Below are positions 7,321 through 14,808 of a stretch of DNA of 20,000 nucleotides, piece after piece. The notes below the pieces were generated by a model. That model saw only the letters and a list, made by a program, of their open reading frames with translations. It searched no databases and was not told where the DNA came from. The DNA lies in the IMG/VR virus record IMGVR_UViG_2524614544_000001. One strand, 5' to 3'. The stretch's first letter is position 1, and the number at the start of each line of letters is the position of its first letter. Source of the DNA: an uncultured virus (IMG/VR IMGVR_UViG_2524614544_000001) (taxonomy: Duplodnaviria; Heunggongvirae; Uroviricota; Caudoviricetes). A program made the position numbers and the translations under genes.

Positions 7321-7584
7321 GTGGAAATCTCCCCTGCGGGCCAGGGGCTGCGCGCCCCTAGCCACGACCTGGCAGTGCCTGGTCGCAGTTCTCATCCGGC
7401 GACGGACGCTGTGTTGTACGCGGTCGGCGGACTGGCGTTCGCCTGCATGACGCAGGCTCACGTGGATCATTACGAGGCCGTTCGTAGTTCGCTCGCTCTG
7501 GCGGGTGGACTGAAGGCGATCGCCTGTGTTCCGGCGTGGCTTGCGGTCGTCGGGAGCAAGGTGCGGCGGTTTCTGCACTCCTAG
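7321..7584 (+). CDS. Possible small hydrophobic/membrane protein (87 aa)
   Basis: AGAGGAG SD at 7308-7314 before GTG; two hydrophobic stretches; flanked by structured elements; atypical codon usage. Confidence 0.45.
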   Translation: MEISPAGQGLRAPSHDLAVPGRSSHPATDAVLYAVGGLAFACMTQAHVDHYEAVRSSLALAGGLKAIACVPAWLAVVGSKVRRFLHS

Positions 7585-7620
7585 CTCCTAGCTCCTGGTC
7601 TCACGGTTGCCCCGGGCTGC

Positions 7621-7684
7621 CAGCCCTTCGTTGGCGGTCCGGGGCTGCGGGTTTTCAGCCCCGGTTGGCGGTCCGGGGCTTTCG
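7621..7684 (+). repeat. 17-bp direct repeat forming twin or alternative hairpins; terminator-like end
   Basis: gttggcggtccggggct at 7630-7646 and 7664-7680; agccccgg/ccggggct stem followed by a short T run. Confidence 0.7.
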
Positions 7685-7928
7685 CGTGTGCACGCTAATT
7701 CAACGGCGGCCGGGATATTACGTAATTGGATTTGTGATCCCGCCACTCGTATGGGGGAACACTTTGGGTGGTCTAGTCACCGTCAACGCAGACAAAATTT
7801 TGCCACTGGCATATGCGGCGATCGGATCAGCCATCCACCAGACCGCTCCGACCTGGGCAAATACCGTCCGGGCTGACACGCGTACCGCGCAGGACGCCCC
7901 GCATCGACCGCTGGCCACCACATCACGC

Positions 7929-8408
7929 TCAGCTCTTCCCGTTTCGCGTGTTCGCGATGACGCCGCGGGTGGTGCTGGTGATGCTGCGGGTGTCCTGGGT
8001 GACGGTCCCGTAGTAGTGCTGGTTCACGGTGGGCGGTGCGGCCTCGACCGCGTTCTTGACCTTGGAGACGAGGCGGGCGAGAGCGAGGAATCCGGCGATC
8101 GGGGCACCTCCGATGATGGCGAGGGCTAGGGGGTCGACCTGGCCGGCGAGCCACAGGGCGCCGCCGACGGGCAGGGATGCGACGGCGAGGCCCTTCATGA
8201 CGCCGCTCGCGTCGACTGCCCACTGCGACATGGGCGGCTGGCCGGGCTGGGGTACGGGCGGCGCGGGGCCGACGGCGGGGAGCGGGCTGTCGTCGCGGTA
8301 CGCGGTGGGCTTCGCGATCTCGTTGATGGCGGCCATCAACTGGTCGGCGTTGCGGCGGATGTCGGGGTCGGGCTGCCCGATGCGGGCGGGCTGCTCGGGC
8401 AGCTGCAT
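7929..8408 (-). CDS. Spd-like (plasmid spread) membrane protein, 159 aa
   Basis: AGGAG SD, ATG 8408. Pro-rich linker (PAVGPAPPVPQPGQPPMS), two TM segments and a PTVNQHYYGTVTQD tail, a layout seen in Streptomyces transfer regions downstream of traB. Confidence 0.7.
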   Translation of the reverse strand: MQLPEQPARIGQPDPDIRRNADQLMAAINEIAKPTAYRDDSPLPAVGPAPPVPQPGQPPMSQWAVDASGVMKGLAVASLPVGGALWLAGQVDPLALAIIGGAPIAGFLALARLVSKVKNAVEAAPPTVNQHYYGTVTQDTRSITSTTRGVIANTRNGKS

Positions 8409-8419
8409 GACGGGGTCTC

Positions 8420-8614
8420 CTATCGGGTGCGGCGACGGGTGGAGCGGTACCCGAACGGTCCGGGCAGGTCCATGGATGTGGTGCGGCGGCCGGTGGAACC
8501 GATCGTGTGGTGGGGGCCGTGGCCGGCACCCAACGTGATGGACCAGGAACGGCGGTTGATGTTCAGCCGGACCCCGGGGAAGATCCGGAAGCTCTTGCGG
8601 AACGTGATCGGCAT
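8420..8614 (-). CDS. DUF4236 domain protein (64 aa)
   Basis: MPITFRKSFRIFPGVRLNINRRSWSITLG matches the DUF4236 N-terminal pattern; AGGAG SD. Confidence 0.85.
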   Translation of the reverse strand: MPITFRKSFRIFPGVRLNINRRSWSITLGAGHGPHHTIGSTGRRTTSMDLPGPFGYRSTRRRTR

Positions 8615-8649
8615 GCGGGACTCCTAGATGAGATGTCACTGACTGTTAC

Positions 8650-8875
8650 CAACCCCGCCTGGGCGGCCTTTGTGTCGCTTTGCCCTGGGGCGGCGACCCG
8701 GGCAAACCCCGGGCGGTGCGGCATTGATGCAGGTCAGGGTGAGGCAGAAGCCTGGCGGCGGGCACCCCAAGCCGGGCGGTGGTGTCCGGCTCGGCGGTGC
8801 GGCGCCCGGGTTGGACGCCGCACCGCCAGGGACCTGACCTGGGAAAACCCGGTCAGCGCCAGGGGTTTGACCGGG
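8650..8875. repeat. Putative clt-like (cis-acting locus of transfer) repeat region
   Basis: Non-coding gap directly 3' of the TraB-like gene. ggcggtgcggc at 8712-8722 and 8793-8803 and inverted at 8817-8827; ccgggcggtg at 8709 and 8772; aggtcagg/cctgacct inverted pair (8731/8833); cccggtca/tgaccggg hairpin (8848-8875). Confidence 0.55.
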
Positions 8876-11044
8876 CTAAATGTCCAGCTTGAACCGTTCA
8901 CGGATAGTGACGACCACGCGGGAGCGGGGGTAGCCGACCGCCCTCACCCCGTCCCACACACGCTTCGCCTTCTCCTCGTCGGTGCGAACTACGATTCGGC
9001 CGAGCCGGTCCGCCGAAACGGTCAGGCCGGCGGCGGTCAGGGCGTCGACGAGGACGGCACCGGGCAGCCACTCGGCGGGCTCACCGTCGTTGCCGCGGTG
9101 GGCGTCGAACACGTCCAGCAGCGTGGCCAACACCGCGCCCTGATCGTCGCCGAGCTCGTCACCCATGTCCCGCAGCCGGTCGGCCAGCGACAGTGCCCCG
9201 GCAGGCAGGGTGCCAGCCTCGGACCGCAAGGCGTAGGCCCGCTCCAGCAGCAGTGCCACTTCGTCGTCGTCGTAGTAGTAGCCGCGGGTCAGCTCCGGCT
9301 CGGCGCCCTCGCCGTCCATGTAGATGCCGACGCCGCGCTGCGACTTGAGGATGTCCTGGGCGTTGTGGCCGGACGACGCGTAACCCTTACCGAGGATCGT
9401 GTCCGACGCTTCCGGGGTCAGGCAGCGCATCGCCCACCGGATGGAGAGGATGTCGCGGATGCCGGTCGGGACCGAGTCCGAGTCGGGCTTCTGGGTGGCG
9501 CACAGGGTGATGATGCCCAGGGCGCGGCCCTGCTGGACGATGAGCCGCAGCAGCCGTTCCAGTTCCTCCCGGTCCTTGCGGTCCGCGGCGGCACCGTAGG
9601 ACGACCACTCGTCGACGAGCAGGATGGCCAGGTTGACGCGCGGGTCCTTGGCCGCCATCTTCGCGGTCAGCTTCCGCGACCCGTGCTCCTTGGCGAGGGC
9701 GCGCCGCTTCGGAATCTCGACTTCCCAGATGTGCCGTAGGATTTCCAGCAGCTTTTTCGGGTCGCCGTCGGTGTCGTACATGGCGGCGATCTGCTCGAAC
9801 GGGGTGATGTCCGCGCCGGCCTTCCCGTCACACAGGTACAGGGCGACCGTCGGGTCGAGGGCCGCGGCCAGCAGCAGGTCGTTCGCGGCGGCCGACTTGC
9901 CCGCCCCGGGCTCACCACCGAACAGGCCGGACCGCTCGACCCACGACGTCTGGACCTCCTGGCCACGCAGGTTGATGCCCATCGGGATGGCCCGCCACAG
10001 GCTGATGCAGTCGACGGCGAGGAGCGGCCCGGGGGTGGGCTTACCGGTGAACGGCAGGTGCAGCGACACCCGCAGCCGGATGCGTCCCTCCCGGTCGTCG
10101 AGGGCCTGATGCACCTGCTGCACCGCCACACCCAGGGCACTGGCCAGGCGGGCCTTCGCGTCGAGGGCCTTTTTCGCGGGCATCCCGGACGGCAGGTCAA
10201 TGGCGACCTCCCACGCCTTGCCGTCGGCGGTCAGGGTGCACGGCGTCAGCAGCTCCAGCACTTCGTCGGCGCCGATGACCTTCGCGTCTCGGTAGACCTG
10301 GTTCAGCATGCTGTCGGTCAGCTTCAAGGTGTCGCCGAACTTGGCGTCGCGGTCGTCGTACAGGTCGCCGCCGTTGGTGCGGCGGCCGATCAGGGCGAAC
10401 GCGGCAAGGGCCGAGACTGCGGCGATGACACCGCCGTTGCCGCCGTTCAGGTAGATCCCGGCTCCCTCCGGTACGGCGACTGCGGCGGCGACCAGCGTGC
10501 CGCGGAGGCCGCGCCGGACCCGGGCGTCCTTCTGGGCCGTCTTGTACTTGCCCATGGCGGTGACGGATCCGGCGAACGCCTGCTCCATGGCGACGCGGCG
10601 CTTCGCCTTTTCCTGGCCGGGGATGAGCCGCTTGTCGTGGCCCCACTTCGCGGCCTTGTAGTCGGTCTGCGCCTGCTGCACTTCGCGGCGGGCGGTGGCG
10701 ACCTGGACGCCTTCGGTGCCCTGGACCCACAGGAGCGTGCGGTGCAGGCCGCGGGCGATCTGGCCGGCGTGCCCGTGCTCGGTGCCCTGTCGGCGGACCC
10801 AGCGGCGGAAGTCGCGGACGGTGTTGACCCGGGCGATACCGGCGCGGGCCTTCCACCCAACGGAGGTCCGCGTCCAGGAGGGGATCAGCGGGGGCTCGTC
10901 GTCTGTGACGTTCTTCTCGACGACGAGCTGGGCGGGGGCGGTGTCCTGCTCCTGGTCGTACACGTCGCCGGGGGCGGGGTGGGGGAAGCGGCCGGCCGCG
11001 TCGATGACCGTGGCGTCGGCGGGCTTGCTGAGGGTCTCCGACAT
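8876..11044 (-). CDS. traB: TraB-like FtsK/SpoIIIE DNA translocase (Streptomyces conjugal transfer protein)
   Basis: 722 aa with an N-terminal TM hairpin, Walker A GEPGAGKS, Walker B LLVDE, QQGRALGIITLCATQKP (FtsK Arg-finger/sensor motif) and a C-terminal wHTH-like domain; AAGGAA SD. Confidence 0.92.
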   Translation of the reverse strand: MSETLSKPADATVIDAAGRFPHPAPGDVYDQEQDTAPAQLVVEKNVTDDEPPLIPSWTRTSVGWKARAGIARVNTVRDFRRWVRRQGTEHGHAGQIARGLHRTLLWVQGTEGVQVATARREVQQAQTDYKAAKWGHDKRLIPGQEKAKRRVAMEQAFAGSVTAMGKYKTAQKDARVRRGLRGTLVAAAVAVPEGAGIYLNGGNGGVIAAVSALAAFALIGRRTNGGDLYDDRDAKFGDTLKLTDSMLNQVYRDAKVIGADEVLELLTPCTLTADGKAWEVAIDLPSGMPAKKALDAKARLASALGVAVQQVHQALDDREGRIRLRVSLHLPFTGKPTPGPLLAVDCISLWRAIPMGINLRGQEVQTSWVERSGLFGGEPGAGKSAAANDLLLAAALDPTVALYLCDGKAGADITPFEQIAAMYDTDGDPKKLLEILRHIWEVEIPKRRALAKEHGSRKLTAKMAAKDPRVNLAILLVDEWSSYGAAADRKDREELERLLRLIVQQGRALGIITLCATQKPDSDSVPTGIRDILSIRWAMRCLTPEASDTILGKGYASSGHNAQDILKSQRGVGIYMDGEGAEPELTRGYYYDDDEVALLLERAYALRSEAGTLPAGALSLADRLRDMGDELGDDQGAVLATLLDVFDAHRGNDGEPAEWLPGAVLVDALTAAGLTVSADRLGRIVVRTDEEKAKRVWDGVRAVGYPRSRVVVTIRERFKLDI

Positions 11045-11156
11045 GAGGGTTCCTTAGTTCTCCGGGGGCGGGGCGGGGGCTACTTGACGATCAGGTGGTC
11101 GGGGTGTCCGTTGTGCAGGTGGTCGACGCAGGCCGGGCATTGGTTGGGATCGCGGG

Positions 11157-12287
11157 TCAGTGGGAGCCGTTGACGGCGGGAATCTTGCGGGCCGTGTCGG
11201 CCGCCTGAGCCTTTGCCAGCGGGTGGAAGGGAAGCGCGTCGCCCTTGCTTCTGCGGTGCGGCGGGGGCTGCCTTCTGACGCCTTTTTGACCCTTCTCCGG
11301 GGAACCCTTCGAAGCGGGGGGGAGATCGGTAACGACCTGCGGCTTTTCGATCACCCGGGACAGGGATTTCGGGACCGGATAGAGCCTCTGCAGCAGGACG
11401 CTGCGAGCGCTTATCGGCCCACCGTTCGCTTCGTCCATCGCGTCGGTCAGCGACTGGCGGGAGGCGAGCTGCTGCGCGTGAAGGGCCGGGGTCATGCCCG
11501 GGGTCGCGGTGCCGTAGAAGATCTCCCACGCGGCGGTGAACGCGTCCTCCATGGCGAGCGCACCGTAGGGGGCGGCGGACACCAGCCGGCGGGCCAGCTT
11601 CACAACGTGCTTGTGGTGGCTGTACCGGTTCTTCTCGTGCCTGGCACGGGCCTTCGCCTCCGCCCGCCGCTTCTTCTCGCCCGCGTCCGCGGTGAGGGTC
11701 GTCACCCACTGGCGGACCTCGAAGAACAGCGGCCCGAGAAGGGACACCGCGGCAAGCCCGAATCCGACGGACTGGGACGTCTCCGCCCCGTACCCGTAGT
11801 TGATGGCGGCGGCGTATCCGGCGGCGGACAGGCACAGGCCGCGCAGCAGCCACCGCACCCAGGCGGGTAGGCGCTTCTCGTCGGCGTAGGCAACACCGGC
11901 CGCCATCACCCACGCCGCGCCTTCGAGGGCGAACGGCAAGGGCAGCAGCATCAGCGAAATGCCGGCGAAGTGCGCGACCTGTGCGGGCAGGGAGGCGAGG
12001 GCGGACGCGGCGACCAAGGCGAGGGTGCCGCGCTGGTAGACGACGCCGGGCCGGGTGTTCTTCGCCCACGCCTGGGTGCGTTCGCGGCGGCGGTCGCGCT
12101 TGTCGCGGCGCCGCTGCTGCCTTTCGGCGCGGGCCTCGGCCTTGTCGGCTCTGCGGTTGGCGCGCCGCCGTTCGTCGTCCTCGCGGCGGATACGCATGCG
12201 ACGTTCCGCGGCGGCGTCCTGGTCGAGACGGTGCTGCTCGGCTTCGGCGGCCTGGTTGCGCCGGCGCTCTTCGCTCCAGCTGCTCAT
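11157..12287 (-). CDS. SpdB2-like integral membrane/coiled-coil spread protein (376 aa)
   Basis: Charged coiled-coil N-terminus, four hydrophobic segments and a basic C-terminus; immediately upstream of traB. Confidence 0.7.
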   Translation of the reverse strand: MSSWSEERRRNQAAEAEQHRLDQDAAAERRMRIRREDDERRRANRRADKAEARAERQQRRRDKRDRRRERTQAWAKNTRPGVVYQRGTLALVAASALASLPAQVAHFAGISLMLLPLPFALEGAAWVMAAGVAYADEKRLPAWVRWLLRGLCLSAAGYAAAINYGYGAETSQSVGFGLAAVSLLGPLFFEVRQWVTTLTADAGEKKRRAEAKARARHEKNRYSHHKHVVKLARRLVSAAPYGALAMEDAFTAAWEIFYGTATPGMTPALHAQQLASRQSLTDAMDEANGGPISARSVLLQRLYPVPKSLSRVIEKPQVVTDLPPASKGSPEKGQKGVRRQPPPHRRSKGDALPFHPLAKAQAADTARKIPAVNGSH

Positions 12288-12317
12288 GGTCCGGATCCCT
12301 TTCAGGGGGTGGGGTGT

Positions 12318-12509
12318 CTACTGGCCGACGGTCTTGGCGGGGCGTCGCAGGTGGGGCAGGGCAACGAGTCCGAGGCCGAAGCCGATGAGGACGGGCTGCG
12401 TCGAAAGCCACACGGCGGCGGCGGCCACGGCCGCGGCGATGGCCTGGAGGAGTCCGGGGAACAGGACCAGCAGCACCAGTGCGGCGGCGATCCAGAACAA
12501 GTTCTTCAT
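12318..12509 (-). CDS. Small hydrophobic Spd-like membrane protein (63 aa)
   Basis: GGAAGG SD; MKNLFWIAAALVLLVLFPGLL...PVLIGFGLGLVALPHLRR. Confidence 0.75.
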   Translation of the reverse strand: MKNLFWIAAALVLLVLFPGLLQAIAAAVAAAAVWLSTQPVLIGFGLGLVALPHLRRPAKTVGQ

Positions 12510-12550
12510 GACGGGCCTTCCTTGGCTCGGTGGTGAGAGGTGGTCAGTGG

Positions 12551-12578
12551 TGGCGCCCCGGGCCGGAGTCGAACCGGC
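12551..12578 (-). other. tRNA 3'-half-like sequence (T-arm + acceptor 3' strand + CCA); not a full tRNA
   Basis: Minus strand reads GCCGG-TTCGACT-CCGGC-CCGGGGC-G-CCA. No matching 5' acceptor strand or D-arm upstream. Confidence 0.6.
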
Positions 12579-12623
12579 CACCCACCCCCCGCGTTCACTG
12601 GGGTGGTCGGAGCTGTGGAACGA

Positions 12624-12794
12624 CTACGCCTCGCGGCCCCAGCTGTCCTTGGTCTCCCAGCCCCGGTCCTGCAGGTGCTTCTCGACCTTGGCGATGGCCT
12701 CGTCCCGCGTGTCGGCCTTCACGGTGGCGAACTGCTCGCGCTCGATGCCCGAGGCCGTGTGCCGGGTCACGGTGTTGGTCTTCCAGAGCTTCAT
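12624..12794 (-). CDS. Small hypothetical protein (56 aa; absent from the ORF track)
   Basis: AAGGAG SD; MKLWKTNTVTRHTASGIEREQFATVKADTRDEAIAKVEKHLQDRGWETKDSWGREA; strong GC3 bias. Confidence 0.75.
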   Translation of the reverse strand: MKLWKTNTVTRHTASGIEREQFATVKADTRDEAIAKVEKHLQDRGWETKDSWGREA

Positions 12795-12881
12795 GGCTGT
12801 GCTCCTTCGCTTCGGGTCCGGTTGGTCCGGGCCTCTCTGCCGTCACCAGCCGTGGGGCTGGGGACGACAGGGCGGGCCGGA

Positions 12882-13112
12882 TCAGAGCTGGTTGGGGTGG
12901 AGGTCGAAGAAGAGGACCGTGATCGGGGTGCCGTACTCGGCCTTGAACTGGTCCAGAACGAAGTTCCAGAGCTGGGCTCGGGTCTAGCCGTTGGGGACGT
13001 GGACGGTCGCGCTCCGGGTGTTGATGACCCCGCCGGGGGCCTGGATGGTCATCGCCCAGTGCCATTCGGTGGTGGTCGACTGGTCGGCGGCGTTCGTGGT
13101 CTGCGTGGTCAT
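12882..13112 (-). pseudogene. Small gene (76 codons) with one in-frame TAG at 12984-12986
   Basis: AAAGGA SD; MTTQTTNAADQSTTTEWHWAMTIQAPGGVINTRSATVHVPNG-stop-TRAQLWNFVLDQFKAEYGTPITVLFFDLHPNQL, with coding-like codon bias on both sides of the stop. Confidence 0.75.
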
Positions 13113-13179
13113 GGCGGGTCCTTTCGGGGTGGTGCGGGGGCCGGTCTGTCGGCTCGGCCGTCCCCCGCTGGGGACGGGG

Positions 13180-13407
13180 TCAGGTGGTGGTTTCGCCGGC
13201 GAGGGCGATGTACTTGATGCGGTGCTCGGGGATCATCTGCCGGTAGCCGCCCGTGTAGCTCAGCTCCAGGTAGTCGCCGTCGTGGACGTAGGACTCCAGG
13301 ACCGGGTCTTCGGCGCCCAGCTCGTCGAACATGTGGAACTGGGTACGCCCCTCGGTGAGCGCTTGGCCGTCGGTGGTGACGATCTGGAAGGTCGGGGTTG
13401 TACGCAT
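13180..13407 (-). CDS. Hypothetical protein (75 aa)
   Basis: GGAG SD; GC3-rich frame; co-oriented in the transfer operon. Confidence 0.75.
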   Translation of the reverse strand: MRTTPTFQIVTTDGQALTEGRTQFHMFDELGAEDPVLESYVHDGDYLELSYTGGYRQMIPEHRIKYIALAGETTT

Positions 13408-13504
13408 GCCGGTCTCCGTTCGGTGGTCGGGGTGGGTGGAGTGCTCTGGGCCCGATTCGATCGGGCAGCTTCACGCCGTGGTCCAGAGCTGCCGGGCGCT
13501 GGGT

Positions 13505-13816
13505 TCAGGCCGCTGCCGGGGTGGAGAGGCCGCGAATCTCGTCCATGAGGCGGGGCGCGCCCGGGTTGGTGTGGTCGAGGTCGACGGCGGCGAGGATCAC
13601 GTCGCTCATCCGGTCGGTGTTACCGGTCGACCAGGCGGCCCGGAACTCGGACAGCAGGGACACGGCGAGCCGGTCCGGGTCGGCGACAGCGGCGGCCTGC
13701 TCAGCCTGGGCGACAGTGATGCTGGCCCGCCGCTTGGTCGCAAGGTCGGACACAGTCGCACCGTCGGCGTCAGACAGGACGGCGAGCGCGGAACCGGAGA
13801 TCAGGTACGGAGACAT
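13505..13816 (-). CDS. Hypothetical protein (103 aa)
   Basis: GAAGGG SD; Ala-rich helical protein in the transfer operon. Confidence 0.7.
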   Translation of the reverse strand: MSPYLISGSALAVLSDADGATVSDLATKRRASITVAQAEQAAAVADPDRLAVSLLSEFRAAWSTGNTDRMSDVILAAVDLDHTNPGAPRLMDEIRGLSTPAAA

Positions 13817-13915
13817 GGGGGTGCCCTTCGATGAGGTGGAGTGGGGTGGTGCGAGGTGGAGAGCCGCGCCCGGCCGGCCGGGGGATGTCGCCGGCGGGGC
13901 GCGGCGGTCAGGGGG

Positions 13916-14056
13916 TTAGCTGCGGGTCCGGGCCTGCTGCCGGTCCACGGCGGCGCGAACATCGGCACCGGCGTCGTAGTCGCGGCGGCACTCAGCCGGG
14001 GTCGCCGGCTCGTCGATGATCGGGTTCGGGCGGGGGCGGGTTACGTCGTCGGCCAC
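13916..14056 (-). CDS. Small hypothetical protein (46 aa)
   Basis: GGAGGG SD before GTG; MADDVTRPRPNPIIDEPATPAECRRDYDAGADVRAAVDRQQARTRS. Confidence 0.55.
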   Translation of the reverse strand: MADDVTRPRPNPIIDEPATPAECRRDYDAGADVRAAVDRQQARTRS

Positions 14057-14238
14057 GGCCACCCCTCCGGCTGCACAGCCAGCGCGGCAGCGGATTCGAA
14101 CGCGACCCGGAGGCAGTGCTGGTAAAGCCACAGCGACCCGGCGGCGGGGTGATCGGGCGTGGACGCGATCCTGGAGGTCAAGGCGGCCATGCCCTCTGCC
14201 CGGCCCTCCTCCTCGAACGCGAGGGCAGGGGCGATCAC
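14041..14238 (-). CDS. Small hypothetical protein (65 aa)
   Basis: GGGAG SD and GTGA coupling with the upstream ORF. Confidence 0.6.
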   Translation of the reverse strand: MIAPALAFEEEGRAEGMAALTSRIASTPDHPAAGSLWLYQHCLRVAFESAAALAVQPEGWPWPTT

Positions 14239-14396
14239 CGGACGCTCCCGGCGGGGGCCAGGCCGCGAGCCCGGCGCAGGGCCTCGTCCGGGTCCGGGTC
14301 CGAGTCACCCGGGGCGGTACGGACGTAGGAGGCGGCGAGGTGGGCCAGCTCGTCGGCCGCGCTCATCGGCTCGGACGGGGCGATCGGCGGGGTCAT
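14235..14396 (-). CDS. Small hypothetical protein (53 aa; absent from the ORF track)
   Basis: GAGGTG SD; ATGA/GTGA coupling at both ends; MTPPIAPSEPMSAADELAHLAASYVRTAPGDSDPDPDEALRRARGLAPAGSVR. Confidence 0.6.
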   Translation of the reverse strand: MTPPIAPSEPMSAADELAHLAASYVRTAPGDSDPDPDEALRRARGLAPAGSVR

Positions 14397-14629
14397 GCCG
14401 CCACCTCGCTCGGGGTGATGACCGAACCGGACAGGTACTCGACGACGGCGGACTCGGGAACGCGCAGACCGCGCTTGCGAAGCCGCCCTTCACCCAGCCG
14501 ATGCGCACGCAGCCGGCCGGAGTCAGCCAGTCGGTAGACCGTCGAGACGTGGACGTTGAGCCAGTCGGCGACTTCCTGGGCCCGGAGAAACCTCTCCGGA
14601 GGTGCAGCGGTTTGGGTGAGCACGGGCAC
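14393..14629 (-). CDS. Excisionase-like HTH (HTH_17) DNA-binding protein
   Basis: FLRAQEVADWLNVHVSTVYRLADSGRLRAHRLG...LRVPESAVVEYL is the Xis/HTH_17 pattern; first gene of the transfer operon. Confidence 0.88.
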   Translation of the reverse strand: MPVLTQTAAPPERFLRAQEVADWLNVHVSTVYRLADSGRLRAHRLGEGRLRKRGLRVPESAVVEYLSGSVITPSEVAA

Positions 14630-14660
14630 TCCAGGGCGTAAGAAGGTAGCTCCGATCTGG

Positions 14661-14718
14661 TTCTTCGGAGGTGTCAGGTTTTGCTGACATCGCCAGTGAA
14701 GCTAACTTCTCCGGAGAA
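14661..14718. promoter_or_regulatory. Candidate operator boxes upstream of the xis-tra operon
   Basis: ttcttcggagg (14661-14671) and the perfect palindrome ttctccggagaa (14707-14718); the same motif recurs upstream of the GntR gene. Confidence 0.6.
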
Positions 14719-14767
14719 CTCAAGCCCTCGACTCCGATTGAGTGTCGCGCCGCACCCCTAGAACGCG

Positions 14768-14796
14768 AAAAGCCCCTGGCCAGAAGGCCAGGGGCT
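14768..14796 (-). terminator. Intrinsic terminator of the GntR gene
   Basis: agcccctggcc/ggccaggggct 11-bp stem with a 4-nt loop, followed by a U run on the minus strand, 12 nt after the stop codon. Confidence 0.8.
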
Positions 14797-14808
14797 CAGA
14801 AAAAACTC

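Noticed and set aside
7578..7690. CRISPR-like array
   Set aside because: Only two 17-bp repeats with a 17-bp gap plus a short tandem 7-mer; no cas genes.
8507..11173. Long + strand ORFs (410 aa and 371 aa) opposite traB
   Set aside because: Shadow frames of the TraB gene with no motifs or SD.
11080..12411. 443-aa minus ORF containing RRQRL
   Set aside because: Alternate frame of the SpdB2-like gene and Arg/Pro-rich. RRQRL appears coincidental and lacks the context of the RRQRL zinc-binding family. A tiny CxxC peptide at 11080-11150 has no clear start.
12540..12630. Full tRNA gene
   Set aside because: Only the T-arm and 3' acceptor/CCA are present; no D-arm, anticodon arm or complementary 5' strand.
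6926..13112. Stop-codon reassignment or programmed readthrough to explain the in-frame stops
   Set aside because: The two stops differ (TGA and TAG), and both codons terminate many neighbouring genes normally.
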